A stretch of 64,000 bases of DNA from Peribolospora baueri (GCA_029717555.1 JAMDHS010000002.1:186001-250000); one strand, 5' to 3'; numbered from the stretch's first letter, positions 1 to 13,096 are shown. Notes: generated by a model from the sequence alone, not told the origin. A program made the numbers and translations.

Positions 1-1190
1 AGACGTCTCTTACCTCCGGCGCTCTTGTGCTCCATGGACTATACCAAGTTGCGAATACCGATGAGCCAATCCAAGCAGGGCAATTGCGCTGGGGAGAGCA
101 AAGGCGAGGAAGGTGATGCGATTGAAAATTCCAAGGGCGCACAGGATACCAAAACCTGTAGTCAGAAGAGTCCATGATGTTCGTCGGTGGTTAAGGGAGC
201 GAGATGGATTCTGCGAGGGTGAGAAGGGGTCAGACTAGATTTTTACGAGCATGTTGGAGCGACAGGACGTGGCACGCTCATTCTCGCTCCCGCCCACACC
301 CTCCGCAATCCTCACCTCCTTGATCTCTTGCACGGCGACCGGCTCCGCGGTTGCAGTTTTGAGCTCTTGTAAAAGAAGAAGCAAGCTAGCGAGCAAGACG
401 GCCTCTAAAGAATTGGAGAACGGTCGGAGCTGGTACGTAAGGAGAACGTGTGAGGAGGCCAGGATTGTGAGTCGTTGAAAGATTGCTTTCTGGGAGGGGG
501 CGGAGAAGGGGAGTCTCCAGAGGGCGAAGTCTGTGCAGGCGGAGTACTGGCGTGAGCCAAAGGAGCATTGTGAATCACTGGGGAAGAGATAACCGCTCAC
601 CGAGAGCAAATGATAGCACAAGAAAAGACACCCTCTCAGCAAGGAAGATAAGGGCGGCAGGTGGGCCTGTCCAAGTGCGGCACCCAGAGTCCAAAGCCAA
701 CGTCGCGTGCCACGCCAACCGGAGTATGTCAGCTTCAGCGGTACGACAACTCCACACCTGTCTTTCCTCCAGTGAAATGATAGTCTAGCCGGACTCGCCT
801 CTATCGTGCCCGAAAGCCATCCAACCGGCCGTGAGTAACCACAAAGGGAGACCCGTGGTCAAGTAGAGAGGGACGATGGAACGACAGGGGAAGGTCGGGT
901 CAAACTCCCACGTCCTATGAGCGTCAATGCCAAGCACGTCGCCTGTTCAATGGACCCACGTACCGTCCAACGTCAGTCTGGCGGCATCTCTCTCAAGCAG
1001 TCCGTCGGAATCAAGGGTCCACGCTGACAGACCGGCGCCGACGGAGGGACTCACCGGCTACGACCTCAGGGTTCTGAAAGAACTCGTCCGGGTGGATGTA
1101 CGAAGTGCCGAAGACGGCCGCCACAAGCCGTAGAGCAACGACGCAGAAGTAGACCGTGCGCCATGTCGTCGCCGCCGCTGCCGGGCTCAT
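1..1190 (-). CDS. SMP3: GPI mannosyltransferase 4 (Smp3/PIG-Z, Alg9-like family); 5' part, runs off the window start
   Basis: Exon 1 reads MSPAAAATTW...FGTSYIHPDEFFQNPEVVA; the next exon reads DVLGIDAHRTWEFDPTFPCRSIVP. YIHPDE-FQ and TWEF-P-RS are hallmark N-terminal motifs of this family. Confidence 0.85.
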
Positions 1191-1465
1191 TGTGGTCAGC
1201 AAGACCGGACGAGGGTGCGGACATGGACCTCTTTTACAAATACCGAAGCAATAGAAGCAGCTCGGACGAGTGACTGCGGCAACCGCATGACGTTGCGTCG
1301 ATCACGTTGGGGTGACCAGGCACGCGCTTTCCTCGCCTCGTCGCCTGCCGAGGTTGTCTCGAGGCCGCGTCGTCATCGGTCTCCTTGCTCGTCACCACCA
1401 CCCATCCTCCGTCCCATCTTCCATCTCCTCCTCGCACGCTCGTCTCTGGCGGGCATCCTCCCACG

Positions 1466-4400
1466 ATGCCCCCTCAACCACGAAGGACCCCCGTCTCGGC
1501 TCGCCGGTCCACGCCAGGCTCTGCCTTCGACGAGTCGCTCATTCCCACCCCGCCGATCAGGTTCGATGACGATGAACCCCGCAGCGCCACAAAGGCCAAG
1601 GCTGATATTCGAAATAGCGCTAAGGTGCGTATCATCCTATTTTTGCCTAGGATGTCAACTCCAGTCGGCGAAGCAAGTGTATAGTCTGCTCGGCTTCGTT
1701 GGCTCATGACAGACGTCGTCGTTGCTCGCTCTTCGAAGGCCAAGCGCAAGTCTGGCGGTGGATTCATGTCCTTTCTAGTTGGCTTTGCTGCCCGGGTCGC
1801 GCTTTTCTATGTTCTGATAGGGTGAGCATTTCCTCTATTCTGACGGCTTCGCTGAAGCTCGCTATCCTCTAGACTTACCTTCTCTCTCTCGCACAGCGCA
1901 TTATACATCTGTCCGAAAGAGACGGACTACCTCGGCACGTCTGCCTCCCGACCTCTTTGTCGATCTCTCAACGCCGTGGAGACCCGCCTCGAGCCTCTTG
2001 CTCGCCCCGTTCTCAACCGCGCTCACGAGGCCATCAGACCGTACACCGACCCTTACCTTCCCTATGTGCACGCCTCCTGGAAGATGGCTTCCCCCCATGT
2101 TTGTCGCGCCGGCAAGCTCGGCTCGTGGGCCCTCCACTCCGCCCATACCGCCTCCAAGCCCTATGTCGACGCTGCGTCCGTTCACGCTTACCAGATTGCC
2201 GACCCTTACGTGCACGCTGCTATGCTTCGCTACGAGCAAGCAATGCAGGTAGGTCGGGACAAGTACGACCGCTCCTTGCGCCCATACCTCAGCGTGGCTC
2301 AGGAGCGCTACAAAAAGGAACTCCATCCGCACCTCTCTCTCGCGTACGAGCGTGCTCAACCAGTCCTCTCCAGCGCGTATTCAAACGGCATCTGGGCGGC
2401 TAAGACGGGCTACGATACTTCCAGCCGTATTTATGTTTCCCAAGTGCACCCGCGTCTGATCCAAGGAGGCAAGGCAGCCGTGCGATTCTTCTATAACACA
2501 GTCCTTCCCGCCCTCCACCGGTTGTACAGCCTCTACGTCGAACCGCAGTGGGAGAAGCTCGTCGAGCGACTTTACGAGTACAGGGTCGGCAAGGTTGAGG
2601 CGCAAAGCTGGAAAGAGGCGAGGAACGAGGCCAAGAGACTGAAACAGGAAGTCGAGGCTCACCAGGCTCAAGCTATCAATGAGGCGGTGAGTCCTCCCAT
2701 GATTTTGCGAATGACTTCCATGTGCTCTTTCTGACACCTTAAACCACCTTCCCACCTCAGAGAGAATCTGCCATTGCTGCCGAGGAGGACCAGAGCGTGA
2801 TGGGCAAGATGCGCAAGCTCAAGGACTCTGTAATCGGCGACAAGCAGGCGGAGGACGCTAAGTACGACCAGGACAAGCCCGCTTCTGGGGAAGAGTCGGA
2901 GGCGGAGCGCGCCGGCCGGATCGCGGCCAAGAAGGCGGAAGCGGCAGAGAAGCGTCGAGTTGTGATGAGCCAACTGGAGGCGTACGAGCAGGCGCTTGGG
3001 CCGTTGATCGATAAGGAGCGCTCCTTCCTCGTTGAGCGCCTCGCCGAGCTGCGCGCGCGTGCTGTGGAGGACCTTCCCGCGCGCTTCACAGCCGCGTTTA
3101 CGGGCGTGCAGCGTGACACCGTCAAGGCGATTCAGAAGTTGGAGGATTACTTTGACAGGTCTGCCAAGGACGAGACTAAGTCTTTAGAGGAGAAGATTGG
3201 GGAAGCGGACAAGGTCGTGGAAGATGCGAGAGCGAAACTCAAAAAGGCGGTCGACGAGCTTGCCAAGGAGCTGGACGCTTATGAGCAGGAACATGAGACC
3301 AAGGAGAGGCAGGCCGTTGGAGCCAGCAAAGACGCCATCGAACGCTTCGTCGATAAGGCGCAGGCGGATATGGGACACAAGATGGCTTGGACAGATGGTG
3401 AGTGTCCGGATCTTTCCGGTCTCACTAAATCACCACCCCTTTCGCTTTCACCGCTGACCGTCTTTTGTATTACCCAGAAATCACCTACAAGGACTGGCAA
3501 CAGTACCACCACCTGCGTGACATGCAGAACGAATACGTGGACGAGGCGATCGCCATCCAGCAGGGTAACAAATCTGCGACGTCGACGAACGGCGTGGATA
3601 TCGCTCAGTCTGCGGACGTGGGACTCTCACTCGAGGAGCTGGATGCACAGCACGAGAAGCTGCTCAAGGATATTGAGCGCGAGTTGGACGGAGCGAAGAA
3701 GGAGGGGCTCAAGGTCCTCAAGGCCCAGAAGCCCGTTCTTCAGGTCGTCAAGGACTCTGCGGAGGTCGCAGCGGCTATGGCGGCCGACTTGGGCTCAAAC
3801 GCCAAGGAGGACGTGGAGGAATTCATTGGAATCAGCTCCGAGCCTCAGGGCGTGCGGTCGAGCGTCGAAAGTGTCTATTCAGTTGCCAGCTCCGTGGCCA
3901 GCGAAGCCGCTCAGGTGGCTTCATCCTCTCTGCAGCAAGCCACTCGTTCCGCGGCGTCTGCCGTGGGAGCAACGCCTTCTCCGGACGGCGTCGGCGAACA
4001 GGCCGAGTCGGCTTACAACAGGGGTGCCGAAACGGTCGATTCCGTTTCCAGTCAACTCTCCAGCGTCATCGCTCCGTCGAGCAGCACAGGCTATATCGAG
4101 CGAGCAACGCTCGCCGCAGCCGATGCCGCCGCTCAAGTCTCTAGTGCAGTGGACGTTCCCACTTCCTCGACACCCTCGTCGGAAGGAGTGACAGAGCACG
4201 GGGCGTCCGTCGCCGCCCGAGCGGAGTCTTATGCCGAGGAGGGCGCCTCCGCGGCTTCGTCGGCCGTCCGCGAAGGTGTCGGCGCCGCCACTCCGGGCTC
4301 CGTCGAGCGAGCTACTTCCGCAGTCATGGATGCCACAGACTCCGCCTCCTCTCTCTCCCACGAAGCGAGCAGGACCGTCATCTCGCTCGCAGGTGCCACT

Positions 4401-4649
4401 CCGACTCCCGACACTCCACTTGAGACGCTCTCCTCCCTCGCCGCCGAAGGCCAGGAGTCTGTTAAATCTATGGCTCAGGCGGCGAGTCGGAGCGCCGCGT
4501 CCGTTCTCGAAGGAGGCGTAGATGCGTCTGAAGAGGACGAGGACGAGGACGACTCGATCTTGGAATCCGAGCCAGGCACTGCGTTTGTTGAGGAGGTGAA
4601 GAAGGTGGAGCAAGTGGTATCGCGGTCCTCAGAGCATGATGAGCTGTGA
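1466..4649 (+). CDS. She10-like fungal membrane/coiled-coil protein with C-terminal HDEL
   Basis: Multi-exon ORF. A hydrophobic segment (FLVGFAARVALFYVLI) is followed by YICP...PLCR, a helical/coiled-coil middle (ORFs 1976-2734 and 2797-3398), then WT|EITYKDWQQYHHL and an A/S-rich tail ending SEHDEL*. Start and family assignment are inferred. Confidence 0.5.
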
Positions 4650-5503
4650 GGAGAGGTGGTTAGGGAGGGAGGAAGCGTAGGTGCAATTAGAAACAGGCGT
4701 GCACGGCGACATTCGGCCCGTGTCCCTGTCTCCTTCTCATTATCCCGTCTCGTCTGTCCCCAATTCGTTCTTCGTCAGGACGACCTTTCTTCTTCTTCTG
4801 TGCCGTCCAGGCCTGTCGGATTTCTCCCCTCTCGCTAAAAAATGGTCCCTTGAAGAGTGCGCTGGTTTCGAGCCTCACAAGGCTTCCCTCCTTCGTCGCT
4901 CGCTCCCCTACTTCGTCCGCTTCAGGATACCTCCCCAAGCCTCTATCCCTCTCCCCTCCCCTTCTCCCGATGGCCGTTTTAAACGATTTCGTGTACCATC
5001 AACTTTGGATGCCTTACTAATAATGCCTTTGCCCACTTCGGGGCGTTGTCCCTTCGCTGCCCTTTCTTGTTCTGTTTATGTTTCAGACCCGAGTCCGTGC
5101 AATTGAAGCTCGAAATGCCTAATCGCAAGGACGGGTGAGGGTTTGGATGGCTACCGAGGAGCCCAGGGCGACCTTTCTCTCCACGACACTGCCTCAGCGC
5201 CCTATCTGGCCTCCTTCTCGTCCTTGGCGCTGTGCACCGCGCATGTCGTTTAGTCCAGCGCCCGCCGGCCTGCTGTGCTGCGGCGAGCACGTGGGTTGAC
5301 GCGGGGGCCGGGGCCAGGCGGTTATCGTCGGTGGGGGCGGCGGCCATACGATGCCCACGATCGCACCACCACCTCCGTATCACCACCTCGTTGCTCGTCC
5401 ACCTCTCTCTGCCCCGTTCTTCTTGCTCGCCTCCCTAGACTGTCCGCTCCGTGCCAGCGCAGCGCAGCGCCGGACACACGTCGGATTGACGCACTTGACC
5501 ATC

Positions 5504-8500
5504 ATGCCGCGGCCCTTCCGGCCTGGCGCCATAGCGCTCGCGCTCGCCATCGCATCGCACGCCTTCCACGTAGCCGTGGCAGCCAACACATCGCAGGTGG
5601 CGACCGCGATAGCAGATCCCAGGGCCCTTTCCGGACAAAGCCTCTTCTACAACAGGCCTGGTGAGCGCTGCCCGCCCGCCCTCGCCGGGATGGCCGTGGT
5701 CCTTGCATGCCTCGCTGATGCCGCGTGCCGCCCTCGCACAACCTTAAATCAGACTGCCCCCCCCCGCCCCCACCAGAACCGTGCTTCAACTGTCTTCTAC
5801 CGGCCAATAATTGCGGCCAATTTGCAGAGTGCAACGAGTACAATGGACAATGTATCTGTCCTCCCGGCTTTGGAGGCCAGGATTGCTTGACGCCGCGTGA
5901 GTATGGATGGGATCGTGTGGGATGACATTGGAGTGTGCCGAGCATGCCGTCGCTAGTCGAACGAGAGCGACGCGACCGTTGTGGCTTTCCCGATTCCGGA
6001 TGCACGAATTTTTCAGAGCCGAACCTTCATAATCATGCGACTGAATACGGCGGCTCCTTTCTACCTTGCTCTCTGTCAACCTCCCCAGTTTGTGGCTCTC
6101 TCGCCGACGGACAACAACGATATCCGAGAAAGGGGGATGATTGCGAGTGTGACGAAGGGTGGACAGGCATAAACTGTAACGGTGAGCTGGCTCGTCTGAC
6201 CTTTCGTCCGAGTTTCTTAGCTTTCTGGTATTCTCCCGCTGCTCCCGTGCCATCCTCATCGACCACGACCGTCTTTTCACCTTCCGTAGTTTGCAAAACG
6301 GACAAGGCGTGCGATGCTCTTCTGGATCCGGAGCTGCGAGGCAACGCCACGTGCTACAAAGGTGGCGCGACGGTAAAGCAAAGCTACCAGCAGTGCGATG
6401 TCACGAGTAAGTATGATATCCTCGTATGGTGTTGCGGCGTCCACATCTGACCTTGCCCAACCTCGCGTCACCCCAGACCGGAAAATCATGGACATGCTCC
6501 CAGACAAGCCCCCGCAGGTGACTTTCTCGTGTGACGCCGAAGACGAGACTTGCAACTTCCAGTTCTGGATTGGCAAGGTCGAGAGCTTCTACTGTGCCCT
6601 CGACAACTGCACCTCCTCCATCGACATCGGCTTTGAATCCAACGCGACCAAGTACGAGTGCGGTCACGTGAAGTGCAGTTGCGTGCCAGGGAAGATGCTC
6701 TGTGGGGAGGCCGGGAGCATAGGTATGTTTTTTTTTATCTGTTTTTCCCCTTTCTGCGGCCATCGATCTCAATTTTCCCGTTTCTCCCCGTTTTCTCACA
6801 GACATCAGCGACTTTCTCGTAGAGGAGATCAAGGGCCCTGGTTCCTTTTCCTGCAAGACCGGTCGCGACTGCCGCTTTGAAGAGCCGGCGATGGACCAGC
6901 TCATTAACGACGTTTTCGGCGACAGCTACATCACCCTCGCTTGCGATTCTGGGGAGTGCATGCACTATACTCAAGTACCCGGCTACCAGTCGCCACCGGT
7001 CAAGCCGCCGAATCGAACTTGGGTCGCAGTCAGTGCCGCTGCGGCCGGCGCCGTCTTCCTCATCGCATCGGCGATGGTGTGGTACATGGGACGCGCATCG
7101 AAGCACCCCGAAGGATTCGGGCATATTCGACTGCCGGAGGACGAGGCAGCGAAGCTCATGTCCGAGCACGTGCCCGCAGCGCTCCACTTTGCCGACGTCT
7201 CCTACGTCCTGCCCGGCGACAGGGTCGTTTTGGATCGCATCTCCGGGAGCGTCAAACCCGGCCAGGTGATGGCCATCATGGGCGCTTCGGGAGCCGGAAA
7301 GAGCACATTCCTCGACATCCTCGCACGCAAGAGCAAGAGAGGCGCGGTAAACGGACGGGTGCTCGTCAACGGCCGTACCATCTCCAACTCGGACTTTAAG
7401 CGCGTCGTTGGTTTTGTGGACCAAGAGGACACGCTCATGCCCACGCTGACCGTGTACGAGACGGTGCTTTACTCTGCGCTCCTTCGGCTGCCGCGGGACA
7501 TGAGCCTGGAGGCCAAAAAGTTCAGGACGCTCGAGACCATGCACGAGTTGGGCATATTGAGCATCAAGGACTCTCGGATCGGCGACTCGGGCCATCGAGG
7601 CATCTCAGGAGGCGAGAAGAGGAGAGTATCGATCGCTTGCGAGCTCGTCACCAGCCCTTCGATCCTCTTCCTCGACGAGCCCACGTCTGGCCTCGACGCG
7701 TACAACGCTTACAACGTCGTCGAATCTCTCGTCAGCCTCGCTCGCGACTACCGCCGTACCGTCGTCTTCACCATCCATCAGCCGAGGAGCAACATCGTCG
7801 CCCTGTTTGATCAGCTCGTCTTGCTAGCGGAAGGAAAGATGATATACTCGGGAGAGTTTTCGAAGTGCCAGCAGTACTTCGAAGATATCGGGCACCCTTG
7901 CCCGTCCGGATTCAACATCGCTGATTACCTGAGTGAGTGCGCGGAGGAGTGAGATGCATGTTACATTGCCCGTGTGCTCATGACTTCGATTGCCGTTTCG
8001 ACGCAGTCGACCTCACCATGAGAGCGACGCATGACCTGCCTACTTCAGGGCGCTCCTCGTCCCCATTTGAATCGCTGGATGGCACGACGGCGGTTCCGGC
8101 CTCTGTCGGCACGCGCGACGAAGAGCTAGGCATGGGCAGCGGCTCGAACCACGCCGGTGCATCGGCCGAGGCGGACGGCATGGGTGCAGCCGTCTATCCT
8201 GGCTCTCCAGACGACACCGAGCTCCGCGATCGCTCGGGCAGCGACGGCTCTGGGAGCGAGGGAAGCAACTCGGCATCGGCCAAGCTTCGTCGCAAGTCTA
8301 TCCGTCTTGCCAGTGGCATAAAGGCGGCCTTCTCCGGCTCGCGAAGCGGAACCAAGCCTCTGGCACCCAAATTGGCGTCTTTGGTGGACAGTTTCGCAGC
8401 CTCCTCCATCGTCACCGATCTACGGGCCGAGATGGCCGCCTACACGACCGCCACGGGCAGCGCCGCATATAACGCCAACTTTTCTGCCCGCTCGTCGGAC

Positions 8501-9913
8501 GGTCGGAGAGAGGGCGACGGAGTAGGCGAAGACGGGGGCGCGGCGATCGACCTGGCTGAGACGGGAGGCAACTCGGACCTTCCGGATGTGTCCGGAGAGG
8601 CCAAGGCGCTGAGGGGGTACAAGCGAGCGAGTTGGTGGACGCAGTTCAGGATCCTGAGTGGGAGGGCGTTCAAGAACTTGTACAGGAACCCGATGCTCAT
8701 GTTGTCGCACTACGCCATCTCCATTGTCCTCGCTCGTGAGTCTCTCTTTTTTTCCGTCGAAGGACGTGCTTTCGGTGTGGCGGATGTCGTTTACGTCGGT
8801 CGGCGTCCCCTCTTTTATCTCGCGCCCGGCCTTTAGTGTTCTGCGGATTCCTTTTCAGCAACGTAACGTGAGTCAAGGTTGTGTTGCGAGGCGTTCAGGC
8901 GTCACCGCAGAGTACCGACTAGGTTTTCCGTTTGTTACACAGGAACGACATCGCCGGCTTCCAGAACCGCATGGGCCTGTTCTTCTTCCTGCTCGCCTTT
9001 CTCGGTCTGTCCTGCCTCACCTCGCTAGGCCTCTTTGCGAGCGAGCGCACGCTGTTCCTGCGGGAGAGGGCGAACGGGTACTACTCTCCGGTGACGTACT
9101 TCACCTCCAAAGTCCTGTTCGACATCCTCCCCCTCCGCGTCGTCCCGCCGTTCGTGCTGGGGAGCATCGTGTATGGCCTCGTCGGCCTCGTGCCCGCCGT
9201 GGCGTCGTTCTGGAGGTTCATCCTCGTTCTTGTTCTCTTCAACTTGAGCGCCTCGTCGGTGGTGCTGTTCATCAGCATCGCTTTCGCCGACATGGGCGTC
9301 GCGAACCTAACGGGCAGCTTGGTCATGTTGTTCAAGTGAGTCGAGGGGTGGTCGTAAGAGGAAAGGAAGGAAGGATAAAGTGGCTGACCACCAATATCGC
9401 TCTGATCGGCTGGCGACGTTGTGTTACCGACAGCATCCTCTTCGCCGGCTTGCTCATCAACAGGGACTCTCTCCACCCGGCCGTGCGCTGGGTGCAGACG
9501 GTGTCTTTCTTCCATGCCGCGTTTGAGGCGCTGCTCGTGAACGAGCTGAGGTACCTTCAGCTTAAGGAGCACAAGGTGAGTAGACGGATGGGATGGGATC
9601 GACTGTGGAGAGAGAGGGTGTCGTGCTGATCGGCCGGTCGCCGTTGCGTGTTGCAGTTCGGATTGGAGATCGATATCCCGAGCTCGGCTATTCTCTCTAC
9701 GTTCGGGTGAGTGCGCGGATTTAACTAGCTGCCTAGCTCGTTGGTCGCGTTGACCGACTGACACGCTTTGCTTTTTTTTTTCTTTGGCTGGCCGCCAGTT
9801 TCAATGCGCAGGCGTTCTGGTGGCCCGACATTGGCCTGCTGGGCATCGTCTTTAGCGCCTTCATCGTAGCCAGCTTGGTCTGGCTGTCTGCGTTCGTACG
9901 CGAGAAGCGCTGA
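5504..9913 (+). CDS. ADP1: Adp1-type ABCG half-transporter with N-terminal EGF-like Cys-rich domains
   Basis: Signal peptide; PCFNCLLP...[15 protein letters not shown] motifs; Walker A GASGAGKS; signature ISGGEKRR; Walker [16 protein letters not shown]2 TM region (ERANGYY); ends FVREKR*. Confidence 0.93.
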
Positions 9914-10112
9914 TTGAGGCAGCGAAGGGGCGGTCCGTGGGCGTGGCGTCGGCGGTGCTCGCCCTCGCACGGTCTTGTAAGATATTAGTACCCGTGGCTC
10001 GCTTCTCCTCTTGTCGTGTCGATGATGAATGTAAACGGACGTTGGATCGTCGTATCATCTTTCTCAGAAGTGATATGTACGCGCGCATGTATTTATACGA
10101 TACAGAGGCCTA

Positions 10113-10950
10113 TCAGCCAGCGCCTCCCTCGCCGCCGGGGAGGTCGGGGGGGAAGTTCTCCTTCCAAGCGGCCTCGTCAACGACCTCACCGCACTCTGGG
10201 CCAGTGCGAACGATCTCCCTCTTCCAAATCTGAACGCGCTTTTTGACTTCTTCGAGCGCCCACTCGCACACCTCAAAGCTTTGTTTGCGGTGCTGGCTGG
10301 AGACGGCGACGAGGATGGAGGGATGGCCGACGGGGACGTCGCCGAGTCTGTGCTGGATTGCGATGCGGGTGATGCGGCTGGGAGGGGAGAAGAGGGGGGG
10401 AGGGTGGAAGGAAAGGGCGGGCGCGGAAGGGGAACGGGCGTGATGGCCGTGGGCGTGGGCGTCTTCTTCTTCTTCTTGCTCGGGAGAAGGGCGGAGGGAG
10501 TCGAGGGAGGGCGGAGGGAAAGGGTCGGCGCGGGCGCCGAGGAGGATTAGGCGGAGGGTGTTGAGGGCGAGGGAAGTGTAGGCTTCGTATTCGAGGCGGA
10601 GGACGGGTTTGCCTTGTGGGGGCGGTGGGGGAGTTGGGGTGGAGAAGGAGGAGGGAGTCATCATCGTTGTCGTCGTTGCCGTCGTCGTCGTCCGATCCGT
10701 GACATCATCTATAATTCATCGACCATACAGGCCCGCACGCACCGTCAAAGGTATCCCGGGTGTAGCCGACAAAGCAACACACAGCGCCCGCCTTGGGGCT
10801 CTTGACGGCGCGGATCAAGGCGGCCTCGTCGAGGGGCTCGTAGGTGAGCTGGGCGACGTCGCCGTGCTCGGTGGTGACCGTGCCGGGCCCACTCGATGCG
10901 GGGTACTTGGGCGGCACGGCTTGCTGGCCTGCGGGGAGGGAGGAGGCCAT
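10113..10950 (-). CDS. MOCS2: Molybdopterin synthase catalytic (large) subunit, MoaE/MOCS2B family
   Basis: GAVCCFVGYTRDTFD|GKPVLRLEYEAY...HRLGDVPVGHPSILVAVSSQHRK...KKRVQIWKRE; one intron at about 10613-10742. Confidence 0.92.
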
Positions 10951-11254
10951 GTCTGGATTGGATTGGATTGATTTGATTTGCTTTCGACTCGACTCGACTT
11001 GACTCGGTCGTCGTCGTCGTCTGATCGATGATCGCCTCCGGTATGCAATCGCGGGCGATAAGATGCGAATGAACGGAAGGAAAGCGTTTCCGAGCTTGCC
11101 TTGCCTTGCTTTCCTTTCCTTGCCCTCTTGCACGTCACGTGATCACTCCCTCGACGACCACTTCCACTTCCACGTTCGCCCGGCCGACGACCACCGTCCG
11201 TCCGTCCGTCGTCTTCTTGCGGCCGTCGCCATCGCCATCGCCATCGCCATCGCC

Positions 11255-11278
11255 ATGACCCCCATGCCTGCTTCTTAG
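11255..11278 (+). promoter_or_regulatory. Candidate uORF (MTPMPAS*) upstream of the receiver-domain gene
   Basis: cgccATG context after (GCCATC)n; 7 codons then TAG; same frame as the ATG at 11414. Confidence 0.35.
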
Positions 11279-11413
11279 CGACAGCGGCCATCACCACCAC
11301 TTCCACCACCTCCACCTCCCTCCTCCCGCCGCCTGCTCCCATCCTCACCCCCGCCGTGCTCTCCGCCGGCCTCCGACGGGTCCCCCACCAGCGTCGCCCT
11401 TGTCACCATCCCC

Positions 11414-12882
11414 ATGGAGCGCGGCATCCGCACCGAGCCCGTCTGCCCTGTCGGCTTGCGCGTCCTCATCGTCGACGACGACCCCATCAACCTCGCCGTC
11501 CTCAGCCGGCTTCTCCAGCGCCGCTTCGCCGCCCTCCTCGCTTGCCGCCCCGTCGCCGTCAGCTCGGCCGTCCATGCGCTGGCCTTGTTGCGCACCACCG
11601 TCTTCGACGTGTGCCTGATGGACATACAGGTGAGACGAGATGAGACGAGACGAACGAGTTCCGCCTTTCACCCTCTCGCCGCCCACCTTCCACCCCTACT
11701 CCACGCCAAGATGCCTTACCTCAACGGTATCGACGCCACTCGCTGCATCCGCGCCGCCTCCGACGGCATCCTCCCCGAGAACGCACACATGCGCATCCTC
11801 GCCATCACCAGCGCCGTCGGAGAGCATCCCACCTTGTCCTACACCAAGGTCGGCATGAACGGCATGATAGGTGAGCTTTCGTTCTTCTTTTCTGCCGCCC
11901 ATCGTCGCCACCCTCATCCCTCTTTGTCCTCGCCCCCAGGCAAGCCCGTCTCCTACGACGACCTCGCCGACTTTCTCCATCCCCTCTTCTCTGCCCACGA
12001 GCACGCCCTCCTCGCCGCTCCTCCGCCCTTCCATTCCCACCTCCGTCCCCGCATGCCCCCCTTCTACATCCCCAAACGCTCCCTCTCTCGCTCCGATGTC
12101 GCCTCCGGCGCCGCCGCCGACAGCCTGCGCCCGCACATCGCCTGCCTCCCTGATTTTGAGCGCCTCCTCGCCGATGAAACGGCCGCCAGCTTGAGGCAGG
12201 CGCAGGCCGGACCCGTGCTATGGGCCGAGTTGTTCAATGGCATCCCTCGTCTCTCTCAACTGGCCATGGCCGACGACGAAGAAGAAGAAGAAGGCGACGC
12301 CATGGCTTCGACCTACTCCGCTTCCGCCGCCGTCGCCGCCGACCCAGCCTCGCCCCCCGTCTTCGGCCTACAGTTTTGCTCTGTGAGTGCGCTGTCCCCG
12401 ACCGTCTCGTTTCGATCACGGCCTCCCCTCTCACTCCCTCCGTACCCCCTCCGCTCCCCTTCGCCCAGGACGACCTTCCACCGCCCCTCTCTCCGGGCGG
12501 GCCCTCTCCATCGGCGCACAGCGAAGACCTAACGCCGTCGAGCGAGCTGGACAGCGCCACAGACCTGTTCGCACTCGTCACCCCCGCCGCCACGCCGCCC
12601 GTCATCTCCTTACCGGTGCCCGACGCGCGGCACCCAGATCCGGGCGCGCTCTCCATGTCCATGTCCATCTCCTTCTCCAGGTCGCCTCATGCGCCGCCCG
12701 CATTCGCCTCTCCCGACGGCGCCGTCTGTGTCAACGACGACGACGAGGACGGCGGACAAGCGGGTGTGCGTGCGCACGCCAAAGCCCCGTCGCTCACATG
12801 GACGCTGGATGGAGTCGGCGTTGGGGTTGGGGTCGGGGTCGGGCTCGCCTCGCCGGTGCTCGACGATATGGACACCGGCTGA
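11414..12882 (+). CDS. Stand-alone response-regulator receiver (CheY-like) domain protein with low-complexity C-terminal tail
   Basis: LRVLIVDDDPIN; FDVCLMDIQ|MPYLNG; ILAITS; MIG|KPV. Predicted introns 11630-11710, 11871-11939 and 12383-12468. Confidence 0.8.
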
Positions 12883-13064
12883 CGGCCGCTCGCTCCATTT
12901 ATTTTTCATTCCCCTTCGCCTCCCTCCTATCTCACATCTCATGGCGTCGCTTCTCGGTTTCGGTGTTACTCTTTCGGGTTCATCTATGTATTCCCTCCCC
13001 TCCCTCCCCGTTCTGTATACTCGGGTCGCTCAGGTACAAGTACACGTGTACGGTCACGCCAGTC

Positions 13065-13065
<1 letters not shown>

Positions 13066-13096
<31 letters not shown>

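Noticed and set aside
10951..11133. Possible upstream small-subunit (MoaD/MOCS2A) ORF as in bicistronic animal MOCS2
   Set aside because: No upstream ORF with a ubiquitin-like sequence or C-terminal GG is visible.
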